DNA of 64,000 nt from Lingula anatina. Its lineage: Eukaryota > Animalia > Brachiopoda. Below the pieces are notes generated by a model, which worked only from the letters and a program-made list of their open reading frames with translations, did not search any database and was not told where the DNA came from. Both the position numbers and the translations under genes were made by a program. Shown piece after piece: positions 40,201 through 53,800 of this stretch. The stretch covers positions 1,550,001 through 1,614,000 of the forward strand of contig CM120642.1 of assembly GCA_051362555.1 (NCBI GenBank), in the 5' to 3' direction. Within the stretch, counting starts at the first letter, position 1; every line of letters begins with the position of its first letter.

Positions 40201-43200
40201 AAAATAGGAAGATTTAAGGTGTAGATGTTGATGGGTTCTTAATTGTACCACCAGCGTAGGCGCTGGCGGTACACATGGTTTTAGTCCCGACCCGTATGTT
40301 CCGCCGGCTCCTGCGGCTCCGCCGGCTCCTGCGGCTCCTGCGGCTCCGCCGCCAAGTCACCGTTACCGCTTCTCCTCCTAGACGGTAAGGGCCTCCATAC
40401 CCATCTCTTGGATTTAGGTCACCTATAATCTCAACTCGTTCCATGTAAAATTTGGGCTTTGTCGGTATTGGGGTCTAGGTGTGGCACTCATTGCAATGCA
40501 CCCTTGTCCAAAAATGGCAAAATTAAATGCTAATTATCTCCCCTACAGAAGGAATTATGGGAAAAATTTCTACAGACAGCTTTCCAAAAGTCATATGTGT
40601 AGATTTCAAATATGCCCTTGGATTTGACCTTTGACCTTTATTTTAAGGTCAAACGGGCCAAAATTTTCAAAAAAACAAAATTTTTGCCGAAAAAAAAATT
40701 ATTTGCGGTCTTATTCAGACACCACACAGACTTAACTAATAATATTAATGGAAAGTGTTACCCTTCAGGTTGTCTTTCATCTCCGTGAATTTGGGGTCAA
40801 TCGGTGCATTTTCACGGGAGTAGCGGACATAAGATATCGAAACTGAAAACTGTCTCTAATTCGGGAACCGTTAATGCTAGACACCCATTCTTTTTTGCAT
40901 TTTGTAGAGCATGTAAAGCCCAACACTGGAGGTGGTCTCCGTTTTTTTGTATTCCATACGGTTTTCGAGCTACACTGTATCAAAAAGTACATATTGGTGG
41001 TGAAAGCAAAATGTGCAGTACGGTAATGGATAATAAATTTTGAACTCCGGAAAAATAAAACATAAGGCTTGGCAAAGCAGACAACTTGTGGTCAAAAATG
41101 ACATTATTTCATCAAATTTGAACATCTGGAACTTCAGAGCACCTCCCATTTCAAGAATTTTGACCAAAATGACCTTTTCTTTATTTTAATTAATTTTTTT
41201 TGTAGGAAATTTATGGCACATTATGGTAACTCCAAAATTATAACATTTAGTCCCTTATATCTCCAAAACTGGCAGAGATAGGTCCATAGATACTATTGAA
41301 CTTGAATAGGAAGTCATACACTGGCAATCTAAATGTGACCTTAAAATTGACCTTTGACCTACTTTTCACCATGAACTGAACTTTGCAAATTTTGCTTCCT
41401 TTTTATCTCCAAAACTGGCAGAGATAGGTCCATAGTTTCTATTGAACTTGAATAGGAAGTCATATACTGGCAATCTAAATGTGACCTTAAAATTGACCTT
41501 TGACCTACTTTTCACCATGAACTGAACTTTGCAAATTTTGCTTCCCTTTTATCTCCAAAACTGGCAGAGATAGGTCCATAGTTACTATTGAAGTTGAATA
41601 GGAAGTCATATACTGGCAATCTAAATGTGACCTTAAAATTGACCTTTGACCTACTTTTCACCATGAACTGAACTTTGCATAGTTTGCTTCCCCTTTATCT
41701 CCAAAACTGGCAGAGATAGGTCCATAGTTACTATTGAAGTTGAATAGGAAGTCATATACTGGCAATCTAAGTGTGACCTTAAAATTGACCTTTGACCTAC
41801 TTATTATCATGAACTGAACTCTGCTAATTTCTTTCTCTTTTAACTCCAAACCTGGCAGAGATAGGCCCATAGTTACTATTGAAGTTGAATAGGAAGTCAT
41901 ATACTGGCAATTTACTGTGACCTTGGAATTGACCTTTGACCTACCTTGCGATAAACTTAACTTTGATTGTACCATTTTTAGTAATATATATATTTTTTTG
42001 CATATTTTGAAAATTCTTGTTGATTGCATTTTTACAGCTTGTCAAGCACAAGACTGGTGGCTGTGTTCCTTATTTTGTATATGTGGGGGTCTATATGAAT
42101 GCGCTTGCTCCAGCTGGTGGTACAATATTCGGAGGCGGTATCGCCTCTCTGATCCTCTAGTGTAATTACAGTTTTTGCAGGCAAGTTGAAGTAGCCCCCA
42201 ATACAGATGAGTCTATATTACAACTGGAGATATTTCAGATTCAGTAGCCTGTACATATCACTGATGAACACAGTATAAATATGTACAGAGAAGAAATCAA
42301 TTGACCTGACCAGCTCATATTGATACGGCTAAAATGATCATGGCCATATCAAATTTGTTGCTGTATGTGCTGGTTGGAATTCAATCATTAGACTTGGTCG
42401 TCAGAGACAGCCAATAACTATGCTCTATACGTGTTTTCATCAACTGACTGTTTGTCCATATAAGCTGGTAAAGTATAAGATTACAGAGCAATATTACCAT
42501 TTTATGAGGAATGTTGAGTTCCTAGGTAGTCAGTAACTGTAAAGTTTTCATGCTGCATTTTAGAATTTTTTTCAGTCATTCCAGAAATGCGTAGACATTG
42601 CTGGTGTGCCAAAAAGAAAGTCTTTTTGTGTGCACTACTTTCTTTTGGAAAGGCAAATACACCATCCAGGATGTTTTTACAAGACCAGTTTTTCTACCAA
42701 TTATTTTAACCCCAAACCAGTGTGTATGTCAGTCATTGTTGTGAGGAAATGTGTTTTTTTTATGGACGCAGTCATCTCAGAAATGGCTGTAAATGCTGTG
42801 TTACATATCTGCTGTTACATTACCTCATCATACGGGTTGCCATGGTGATTGTGTCAATCAAGGCCCAGATTCCATGGAAATGGTCTCAGTTGAACTGGTT
42901 TCCAAGATTTTCTTCGCATTTGCTTGTAACAGTGAAGGGAATACATTACAATGCTATATATAGAAAGAAAAAAAAAAAAGAAACAAATGGATGAATGAAT
43001 GAAGATAATATGAAAAGAAATGATTTAGAAATTGTATTGTACTTTTAAAGTAGACTCAAATTATGATGACATTTAAACCATCTGGATCTGGTAACATGTT
43101 GGTGCCTCCCATCATAGCATTGCCTACTTTCATTACTTTGTAAGTCAAAACACAGCAGAGCATACATCCTAACCCACCCAGCTGCAGTGTGTAATCTATT

Positions 43201-44445
43201 CTGTTGTATATTTCAGGCCACATGACACACCTTTTGAAGATGGTACCTTCAAGTTAACAATTGAATTTACAGAAGAATATCCTAACAAACCTCCTACAGT
43301 GCGATTTGTGTCAAAAATGTTTCATCCAAATGGTAAGTGGCAGAGGATTATTACCAATTCTCAGTCTGTCGGCTAGATATATTCAGAACGTATATATAGT
43401 CTATATATACTATACACTACAGACATGCTTTTTTTTTTTTTTTTTTTTTTTTTTTGCTTAATGGCAAGTTTAGCAAGTCTAGGAACATTAAGTTGAAATA
43501 AACAATAAATAAGTGATGACTAATATCGATTTGTATGTGTCTGAGGGCATCTTCAATTTTCATTTCAGTATATGCAGACGGTAGCATATGTTTAGACATT
43601 CTACAGAATAGATGGAGTCCTACATATGATGTTTCAGCTATTCTAACTTCTATTCAGGTAAGATGAGGTGACTTCTACATCATAACCTGGCCATCAGCAC
43701 TGTTTTTGCCAAATCAATGCAAAGCACCCCCCCCCCCCCCCCCCCCCCCCCCCAAGAAAAAATTCATTTCTTTTAGTCAGTAAATTATCTTCAGTATTTT
43801 ACAAAATTTTATTGCTTGGTTATCTCCTGTTCATACATCTGTTTATATTTTCTTGGTTATTTTGGTGTGATACGTAAGCCACATAAATCTATGGATATCT
43901 TTGCTTATCAATTTTTTTCTTTCATTTTTAACTAGAATCTGGGTCAGTGTAAAGATTGCTTATAGTTACTGGTTTTGACAGTGCTCTTCTGTCAGAGGTT
44001 TTCTACATGAGCAGGAATAACTGGGATTTCACAATATGGGGTTCTAATGGAGCAAAGGTCATTGTTTTGTTTTCTGGCCCAAATCTCTGGAATATACCTG
44101 TTGGCAACGTCTGGCATTAAAACACACCTGAGTCATAGTCATGATGGAAGAAGCTTTTAATTAATAACAGGCATTGGTCACGTGTTTACCTGAAGGCTTT
44201 TGCTGATTAGTTCCCCGTAGCTTGGAAATCCCTTTTGGTTGCATTGGTAGTGTGTTTGTTTCCAGTTTTTAACCAGTTTTGTAAATTTTGTACAGGAAGT
44301 TTTTTTACACTGAGGAATGATATTTCTCTGAGTGTGTGTGTATGTTTTTTTTTTTTTTTTTGTCACAGTTTTGCATGTTTTCATATATTTTTGTATGTTT
44401 TTGGTTGCATATGTGTGTGTCACTGTGTGTGTATGTGTGTGGGTT

Positions 44446-44481
<36 letters not shown>

Positions 44482-45629
44482 GCAACAATTGTGAACTAGC
44501 CCCAGTGACCCTACTGTTAATTATGTACAGTGCCAAGTATTGATTTCCTACTGTATATCTCTTCCAGTCACTTTTACATGACCCTAACCCCAATAGCCCT
44601 GCCAACAACGAGGCAGCACAGCTTTATAGGGAAAACAGGCGGGAATATGAACGGCGGGTAGCAGCCGTGGTGCAGGAAAGTTGGAACGATGACGATGACG
44701 AAGAAATGCAATCAAAAGAAGAAAAATAATAACTCTAGACTTTTCTCATGTTTTTTTTTCTTCTCACCTGAGGACTTGTTTGATTTTTAAATTGAATCAT
44801 CATATAAATAAGCAGTAATCATGAGCACATATATTGGCTGAAATTTTGTTGAAATGCGCTGGGCTTTTAATGGTAGGACAGTGCACCGTCATCTGTGAGC
44901 AGCACCTCCTGTACCCGTGGCGCACCCTAGTGGGAGGATGGAATATAGAGAGAAACCACTGGACTGTGAATCTTCATTCATCTGTGATGAAATTGATGAA
45001 ATCGACAAAGTGTTTTTGTTATTGTTATATGTACAAGCCACTACAAATACACCTTGTTTTGTTGATGTTATTTTCCCCGGACCTCGTCTCATAGTCTGTG
45101 TGTGGACTACATGACAGCTTGGAATTATCACTACTGTTACTAGTTAACTGCAGACGTTCTGAAAAGTGGGACAATGCTTGGATCATATTCTAAATACCAT
45201 ACTTTCAGCTTTGGCAAAGATGAGAAACCTACAATTTTTTCATGAAGGGCATGAGCCTGTTTTATTATTATTATTATTATTTCTGAGGACATCGTTAACA
45301 TGCTGCAGTTGACTCTCCGCAGATGAGGGATACATGTGAAGTCATATGTTGTGATGAACTCTGCAAACCTTGTCATCAGTTTTCAGCCTTCCACCTACAG
45401 GAGACTGGCAGATTCTACTGAAATAACATGAACAGAGTGTGAGGGTCTTTTTAAAAAACGCCAACAAAATTTTAACACGACCTCCTCTCCTCTGTTTCAG
45501 TCTCTCTTAGACGAGCCTAACCCCAACAGTCCAGCCAATAACTTAGCTGCTCAACTTTATCAGGAAAACCGACGGGAGTATGAAAAAAAAGTGAGGGTAA
45601 TTGTGGAGGAAAGTTGGATGAGCATCTGA
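37247..45629 (+). CDS. UBE2A: Ubiquitin-conjugating enzyme E2 A/B (Rad6)
   Basis: Exons 37247-37290 ([15 protein letters not shown]), 37405-37485 ([27 protein letters not shown]), 43217-43332 ([13 protein letters not shown]...FHPN), 43569-43657 ([30 protein letters not shown], catalytic Cys), then last exon 44568-44729 or 45501-45629. Confidence 0.97.
40242..42161 (+). mobile_element. Same Helentron-like family, copy 3 (UBE2A intron 2), about five 146-bp units
   Basis: Same termini; body nearly identical to the reverse complement of copy 1. Confidence 0.8.
44568..44729 (+). CDS. UBE2A: UBE2A alternative last exon 5a (acidic tail)
   Basis: cttccag|[53 protein letters not shown]. Confidence 0.9.
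   Translation, partial: SLLHDPNPNSPANNEAAQLYRENRREYERRVAAVVQESWNDDDDEEMQSKEEK
45501..45629 (+). CDS. UBE2A: UBE2A alternative last exon 5b (tail-less, 152-aa form)
   Basis: gtttcag|[42 protein letters not shown]. Confidence 0.9.
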   Translation, partial: SLLDEPNPNSPANNLAAQLYQENRREYEKKVRVIVEESWMSI

Positions 45630-45810
45630 ATTGGGATTAGCATCTGAACTGGATTAAAGAGAACATCCAGTGTTGGTACCTGTCTACTATTGTATCACTT
45701 GTCTGTCCAGTTACCATCTGAATTGGGATTAGCATCGGAACTGGATTAGAAGAGAAACAGGCTGGGTTCGTACCTGTCTGTTGTTGTATTATCTGTCTGT
45801 CCAGTTACAT
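45623..45810 (+). repeat. About 92-bp tandem duplication beginning at the stop codon of UBE2A exon 5b
   Basis: catctgaattgggattagcatc(t/g)gaactggatta...tgtctgtccagttac occurs twice. Confidence 0.85.
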
Positions 45811-48800
45811 CACTGCCCATGTCAGAGTGAACTTCAGATAACACTGGATAGTTCATGTAGGAAGGCTTAGTCTCTGCGAGATTTCAACTGCAGCTAAAGC
45901 CATTCAATGTTCCATATTTGATCGCTGTTCTGGAAGAGGATGTTGGAGCAGTGTATTAATCAAAAGATGCTAAGACACCTTTCATTACTTGGCCATGTGT
46001 GGCATCTTATCCTCTTATGACACAGGAGACTGTGAAATGTTCATCTTTGATGTCTTTTGGGGATGCTTGTTGTTTTCTAGAGATGTTCAGGAGGGATTTT
46101 ACTTGTAATATTAACAGTGGAGACCATCAAGTGATTAAAAGACTTTGTATTTTGATACATGAATTAGATGGAAAAAAATCACTTAACCAAATATGGCTTG
46201 GTGAGATAAATTCACCTGCATTGGATTTGATGTCTTTGCCAAAGACTTTTTTTGCTCTGAGATTTACCTCTGTATTCACAAGGACATTTGTGGACAAAAT
46301 AAAATATGGTGGATAACTGGCTAAACCAGTAATACACCTGGTACTAAAAATATGTGAACACTCATATCAACTTTCTCTCTCTCTTTCTTTCTGTTGCCAG
46401 TTTTAAGACACCTTAACAGTGCCTGGTTCCAACTTGTTTGTCTACCACTAGGGTCTGAAATAAAGGAGCACCTGCCTAGTAAATCACTGGACATCATTGG
46501 CATCGCCATTATTTATTAACCACTGTCTGAGACGGTGGCCACTTCTCCCATTTTGCTTTTGTTGTCCTAAGTCTATTGGGTATTTTATTTGGGGTAGGAA
46601 ATAGTTGTGGTAATTTATGAATGTGATTTAAACACATTCATTTGTGATAGAACAGGCAACCTTTGTTTTCAGTGATGAAAAAGTAGAGTACAGTTTCTAT
46701 TTCGTATTGGTTGTTGATTAGGCATCAAAATGTAGGTCAAGGCTGCGGAAAGGTCACGAGTTGTCATATCATTCAAGGCAGGCATTTTTGCACCAATCAT
46801 TTACAAATTGGAACATAGAATCTTGTCTATTTTAATTGTTGTATCTAGGGTTGTTATCAACAAGTTTGTTAAAGCACAAAAATATTAAATTTCTATTTGA
46901 AGTTCCTTTTTAATCCTGTGTTTGTGATGTGCTTTAACTGATGCCAAGTGTTTGGATTTAACTGAAGCCTTGTGGGTAGTTTCAAACAAATTACATTTTT
47001 TTGACATGGCTGGGTACTTGACTTTTTGTGACTTGATATTATATGTTGAATCTTAGGTGTGCAAATGACTCTTTGCACCACTGACAGAACTTAGTGAATA
47101 TTGTCATGTGTGAAACGTATGACATTAAAGGGGGGGGGGGGGGTATTTTTACGCATGTGAAAGGGATGTGTAATTTAAGGGTTTTTTTTCAAATTTTTTT
47201 TTTTTGCCTTGCCACCACTCATGGTATTCATGTTAACTTAATTAAGGTCAGAAAGGAGGAGTGATGACACCTGTAAGTGCTCTGTGGCAAGGAGGTTCAG
47301 GTTATTCAAGATATAAAGTACTGGTCTTGGTACCAGTTGATTTGTTTGTGGTTAATGAGCACATCAACCCTGTTCTGTATTACATCTGCATTCTGTTATT
47401 ATAAAGCCAAATCATTTAGCCAGTGTACGAATATTGTACAAAGTGTAATAAATTAATTCTAGTAACCTATAACTAGCCTTTGTTTTCCCTTGAATCACAA
47501 AATTTTCAGAAAAGAAAAAGTTGCAAGCAATATATTCTTTTACACTTTAATCTGAAAATATGAAAAGAAAAGACGCAAAACGAAGATGCAGTTGATGTAC
47601 ATTTAATGCCAAAACTGATGTATGAGAACCTGTTGTATTTCGCATTAAAATGTATACTTCACAAATATCTATCTCTTGCTGAAAAGTAACAAATTTTACA
47701 ATATGTGTACCACAAATGGGGAGAAATAATTTTTGTTCCTCCACCATAATTCAACATTGGCCTTTCTCTCATATCAAACAAGACCACAAATTGAGTCAAT
47801 ATGACCTGATGGTGAACAGATTACAGAGGACAGTTACAATACAAACCTGGATAGGCTGCATCTTTACAGACAAATGCACAAAATATGACATATCACATGC
47901 AATAACACTATAGTGTACAATTTGTCTTTGTTTTGAAAGGGGGTAACCTCAGCCACATTTAACCAAGAGCTCTAGCCTGAAAATTTACCTCAATTTTTTG
48001 ACTAACATTTTAGTCTTATTTGACTCCAGATATACCAGTAGCCCAATGACATGAAAGATTACATGTTTTGTTATAAAGGGCAACACCTGGCTAACCTTTT
48101 AAGTGGACTATTATGGATTGTGTTTTAACTTGAAGCATAATTTCTGGTTTAACGGTTTAGACTTTTTTCTGGGCAATTATCCTTTGGAAAAGAGCCTCAG
48201 AAATAAATATCTTTTTTCCATAAAATAACCAAACAAAATACTTTGTTTTGATAGCGCCCTCATGTAATGGCTGAAAATATACAATTTGTCTGACTTTATT
48301 TTTACCATCATGTCTATGCTACGTGTAAGAATTACAACAGAAAAAGCGATATTGCACTTGGATTCATTTGTTCTCTAGTTAGTGTGGCATAACAGGTTAT
48401 GCTGGTGTAATGGCACAACTTAAAATAAAGAATATATCAACTAGAAATTAATAACATTTAAAAACATTTGTGAGAACTGCTGGTCTGAAGGATTTTTTTG
48501 ATGGACTGACTATAAATTCAGAAAGTTTGCTCTTAAGATTGTTGTTGGTCTCTAGGACCTACTGAAAAACCTACTTATCCATAATTCACAGGGCCAACAG
48601 TTTCAGCATGTCTGATTGCAACATAATTAACAAGTTCATATCACTTGAACTGACGCTGGTGTGGCTATTCAAGGATAATTCAGATCCTGGAAATATATAA
48701 TTCCATACATAAACATTAGCTCCTAAATTCATATTGCAACACATAAGCGTATGGCACTGTCATTGTCTTCAGTCATTCTTTTTTGACCATTTCTAAATAC

Positions 48801-49123
48801 ACTCAAATCACACATCAAAATCTCTATGTGTTAGGGCAGACACATAAAAGAACATCAGAGGAAATCTGGAGGCTCATAATAAATCTCTTCGCTTATAAGC
48901 AATCTAAATATGAGATAAATTTTAATGTACAACTTATAAAACAGAAAGAGAAGATACAAATTCAATACTGAACAGATACGTCCAACATGGAAATATCATC
49001 AATTTGATGAAATGAATGGTATTCATGATCATGACATGTTTTAATAAAAGAGAGTTTTTCCTACATGCATATATTGTCTGCATTTATAAAATCAAGTTTA
49101 CGGTCTTCAGGCTATTTTATAGC

Positions 49124-50793
49124 CTAATATGTCTTGGGTCTCTGCGGCATACACAGGTTGTAGTAGGCATTTTTATCCCAGAAATCAGTAGTCTTCCAAC
49201 CACACCAACCCTGTAGAAAAGATGAAAATGACTTTTTATTAATAAGAGCAAAAGTAAACATTAACACAAACAAACATAAAGTTTATCATATTTCAGTAAA
49301 AAAAAAAAAAGTTTACAGAATACCACTACAAATTTTTGGAATTATGTATTTGGCATCCAGAAAAAATCTAATTACCTAGTATGTATGAATCTTTAATTCA
49401 TAAAAGCAAATGTATGTTGTGATAAAAAAAAAACATATGTCAGCTCACTGAATATCACAGAAACGCCCTAATACTTCCAGAGTAGGTATGGATATTTTTT
49501 GAAAGACTGAAAGATAAAGAATGAGGAACACCAGCTCTCCCGTCACTTCACTGAAGTTACCTTCTCCTGTATGATCCTCAGATCCTCGCCCCCAGTGTAG
49601 TGAGGATCCAGAATGAGGAACTTCAGCTCTCCTGTCACTTCACTGAAGTCTACTCCCAATATTGTGTGGGCTAATACCCCACCACCTGCAGAAAAATTAT
49701 TACATTATTATGAAATAATACAAAAAATATGACTTTAAATACAAACAGTGCTGTTTTTAGAAACAATTGACTTTTTTACCACCATTGAAAAACCTACTCC
49801 ACTGTATACAATTGGACTTTTCAAAGATAATATTGTTTTAACTTTGAAGTCTAAAACATAGTCTGTCTTCACAAAACTGGGTGTCAGGGTCTTACCTATC
49901 ATAATTGGAGTCCCCTGAGTTTGGAAATGATGTGCTAATTCTCTTCCTTTATTGCTCAAGTCAGCACCACTGCTTACAAACATTATTTTTGACTGAACCT
50001 GAAATTTAACACCAAGATAATGCTAACCTTAATCTTTTTATCTTTAAAATGTTTTTACAAAAGAGCTAACAGAATATTCATTCTAAATGTAAAACTGTTA
50101 AAATTCTTTCTAGATCATCACATATTTTATAAGGTTTTTTTTCAAATCTCTGGAGGTTTTTAGGTTTGAGTTGTTTCTAACATCTGCCATAAAAATGATC
50201 AAATTGGTATTATTCTCACAAAAATCAGCTTGATTCTAGTCTGAATTTCATGAACATCTTAACCAGTACAATGAAGAAAATATCACAACTCTATACAAGT
50301 ATCAAAACCACCTCAAAATAACATCACAACTACCACAATACTAATATCTCAACCAGCACAATCTCACACATCTCAAATTACCACAATACTAATATCTCAA
50401 CCAGCACAATCTCACACATCTCAACTACCACAATGTACCACACAGATGTCCCATACCCCAAGAAGGTGGTCCAGGCAGTAGCTGACTTCTGTTGACCCAA
50501 TCCACTTCCTAGACCCAACAAAGCTGGGCTCTTTATCTCCTATGTCCACCAGTGCCTGGAACCAGAAATACACAGCTGTTTATATCCTTGAACCTTTGAA
50601 ACAACAGGATAAGTGTCTTGGCACAAAACTTCGCATACTAATCACATCAGTGGGATCACAGAGATTGGCAGATGTTTTTATTCTGCGGAGAACAGAAAAC
50701 TAATAGGCCCATAACAGCATTCATGCAACAGGTTAAAAAACATTGCTGTACATGTTGTATGATAATTTGGCATTGAAAACGGCTGCACAAATG

Positions 50794-50824
<31 letters not shown>

Positions 50825-53800
50825 TATAATACAGGCCCATCTCATTATTCATTCCACCTTTTTTCACATTACAAAATTCAATGCATCAGAACAATGAAAT
50901 CATCCACCTGGACAACCCACCTGTTGTATCTGCCTGTGTGTTGGTATGGGGACCTCAGTGTAGCCCTGGAGACGGAACCAGGATATCAGGGTCTGGAGAG
51001 ACCTGTAAGCACACCCCCACTTGTCATCATCAAAATGATCCTGCATATAGTGGTGGTAGGAGTAGGTCCCCTGGACTGTGTAGATATGGCCATCTTTTAC
51101 TGGAAGAGAATTACAGAAATATGCTCAGAATAAATAAATAAATTGAATATGGCACTGACAGATTAAAAAACAAATACAGATGTAAAACAAGCAGATTCAG
51201 ATACATCTATATATAGACAAAGATAGTAATTTCTATCTGATCAATGCAGATTAAAAATTATCCTGGATTTCAATCTTGCCTGCAACATGTATACACACAC
51301 ACAGTCCCCATCCACATCTCAACAAACAGCTTTACTGGCACAATGCAGCAAATCTCAACTACCACAATGTACCATTAACTATCACAATGAGCCTACACAG
51401 TGCCTACCTCCTGGATCAGGGAGCCCTATGTGTGTATTTTTCAGACATCCATCCCAGACCTGATCTGAGGGAAACACCAGGGCATTGGCACGCCTGAACA
51501 CTGGCCTGTCTGCAGGGATGTTGAACAGCTTGTGAAGGGAACTCCTTGTGGGCTCTGAATTTAGAGAAATACATGGTTGATATCTAAATATCACGGTTTC
51601 TAATAAAAAATATTAGTATGAATTGTACTCTGAATAAAAAGAAGAGTTGTCTTTAAGTTAAACTGTTCTTGGATTCTTTTTACCAGTAATAGTATGGTAT
51701 CCTTCACTGTCTATCCAAAAAATGAAGGCACATTTGTCAAAGCTCTAGTTACCATAAAAATTTCTCAACAATTTGAAAACATCCCTAGATGATTAGGTAA
51801 AATGAAAATTACTGAACTGATTTTTAAAATGTATCACTGACTTTAATAATCATATACCAAGTTGGTGACAAACTGGAAAAAAAATCACAGTCAGTCCTTG
51901 TGTTTATAACGTACGTAGAGAATCCTCTGTAATACCATCAGGATACACCACAGTAAGCAGTGTGTCACTGCCTGGGTGTCTGAAGTGATATGGCCGTGGT
52001 ACAATGAATTTATTGCCTGCCTGAGGTTGAAAAGTATAGAAATTTTATTGAAATTTAATTTAAGCATAAAACTCAATATAACTAGAGGATCAGAGAGGCG
52101 ATACCGCCTCCGGATATTGTACCACCAGCTGGAGTAAGCGCATTCGTATGGACCCCCCCCCCCTCCAAAAAGGGACACCATCACCAGTCTTGTGCTTGAC
52201 AAGCTCTATAAAATGCAATCAACAGGAGTTCTCAAAATATACAAAAAAATATAATTAAAAATGGTCAGTATATGACTTTCTATTCAACTTCAATAGTAAC
52301 TATGGACCTATCTCTGCCAGTTTTGGAGATATAAGGGACTAAATGTTATAATTTTGCAGTTACCATAATGTGCCATAAATTTCCTACAGAAAAAAATTAA
52401 TTAAAATAAAGAAAAGGTCATTTTGGTCAAAATTCTTGAAATGGGAGGTGCTCTGAAGTTCCAGAAGTTCAAATTTGATGAAATAATGTCATTTTTGACC
52501 ACAAGTTGCCTGCTTTGCCAAGCCTTATGTTTTATTTTACTGGAGTTCAAAATTAATTATCCATTACCGTACTGCACATTTTGCTTTCACCACCAATATG
52601 TACTTTTTGATACAGCGTAAATTTGGAGATAAAAGGGAAGCAAAATTTGCAAAGTTCAAGTTCATGGTGAAAAGTAGGTCAAAGGTCAATTTCAAGGTCA
52701 CATTCAGATTGCCAGTATGACTTCCTATTCAATACAACAGTAACTATGGACCTATCTCTGCCAGTTTTGGAGATAAAAGGGAAGCAAAATTTGCAAAGTT
52801 CAGTTCATGGTGAAAAGTAGGTCAAAGGTCAATTTCAAGGTCACAGTAAGATTGCCAGTATATGACTTCCTATTCAACCTCAATAGTAACTATGGACCTA
52901 TCTCTGCCAGTTTTGGAGATAAAAGGGAAGCAAAATTTGCAAAGTTCATGTGATGAAAAGTAGGTCAAAGGTCAATTTCAAGGTCACATTTAGATTGCCA
53001 GTATATGACTTCCCATTCCAGTTCAATAGTAATTATGGACCTATCTCTGCCAGTTTTGGAGATAAAAGGGAAGCAAAATTTGCAAAGTTCAGTTCATGGT
53101 GAAAAGTAGGTCAAAGGTCAATTTCAAGGTCACATTTAGATTGTCAGTATATGACTTCATATTCAAGTTCAATAGTAACTATGGACCTATCTCTGCCAGT
53201 TTTGGAGATAAAAGGGAAGCAAAATTTGCAAAGTTCAATTCATGGTGAAAAGTAGGTCAAAGGTCAATTTCAAGGTCACATTTAGATTGCCAGTATATGA
53301 CTTCCTATTCAACTTCAATAGTAACTATGGACCTATCTCTGCCAGTTTTGGAGATAAAAGGGAAGCAAAATTTGCAAAGTTCAGTTCAAGGTGAAAAGTA
53401 GGTCAAAGGTCAATTTCAAGGTCACAGTAAGATTGCCAGTATATGACGACCTATTCAAGTTCAATAGAAACTATGGACCTATCTCTGCCAGTTTTGGAGA
53501 TAAAAGGGAAGCAAAATTTGCAAAGTTCAATTCATGGTGAAAAGTAGGTCAAAGGTCAATTTCAAGGTTACATTTAGATTGCCAGTATATGACTTCCTAT
53601 TCAACTTCAATAGTAACTATGGACCTATCTCTGCTAGTTTTGAAATAAAAGGGAAGCAAAATTTGCAAAGTTCAATTCATGGTGAAAAGTAGGTCAAAGG
53701 TCAATTTCAAGGTCACATTTAGATTGCCAGTATATGACTTCCTATTCAACTTCAATAGTAACTATGGACCTATCTCTGCCAGTTTTGGAGATAAAAGGGA

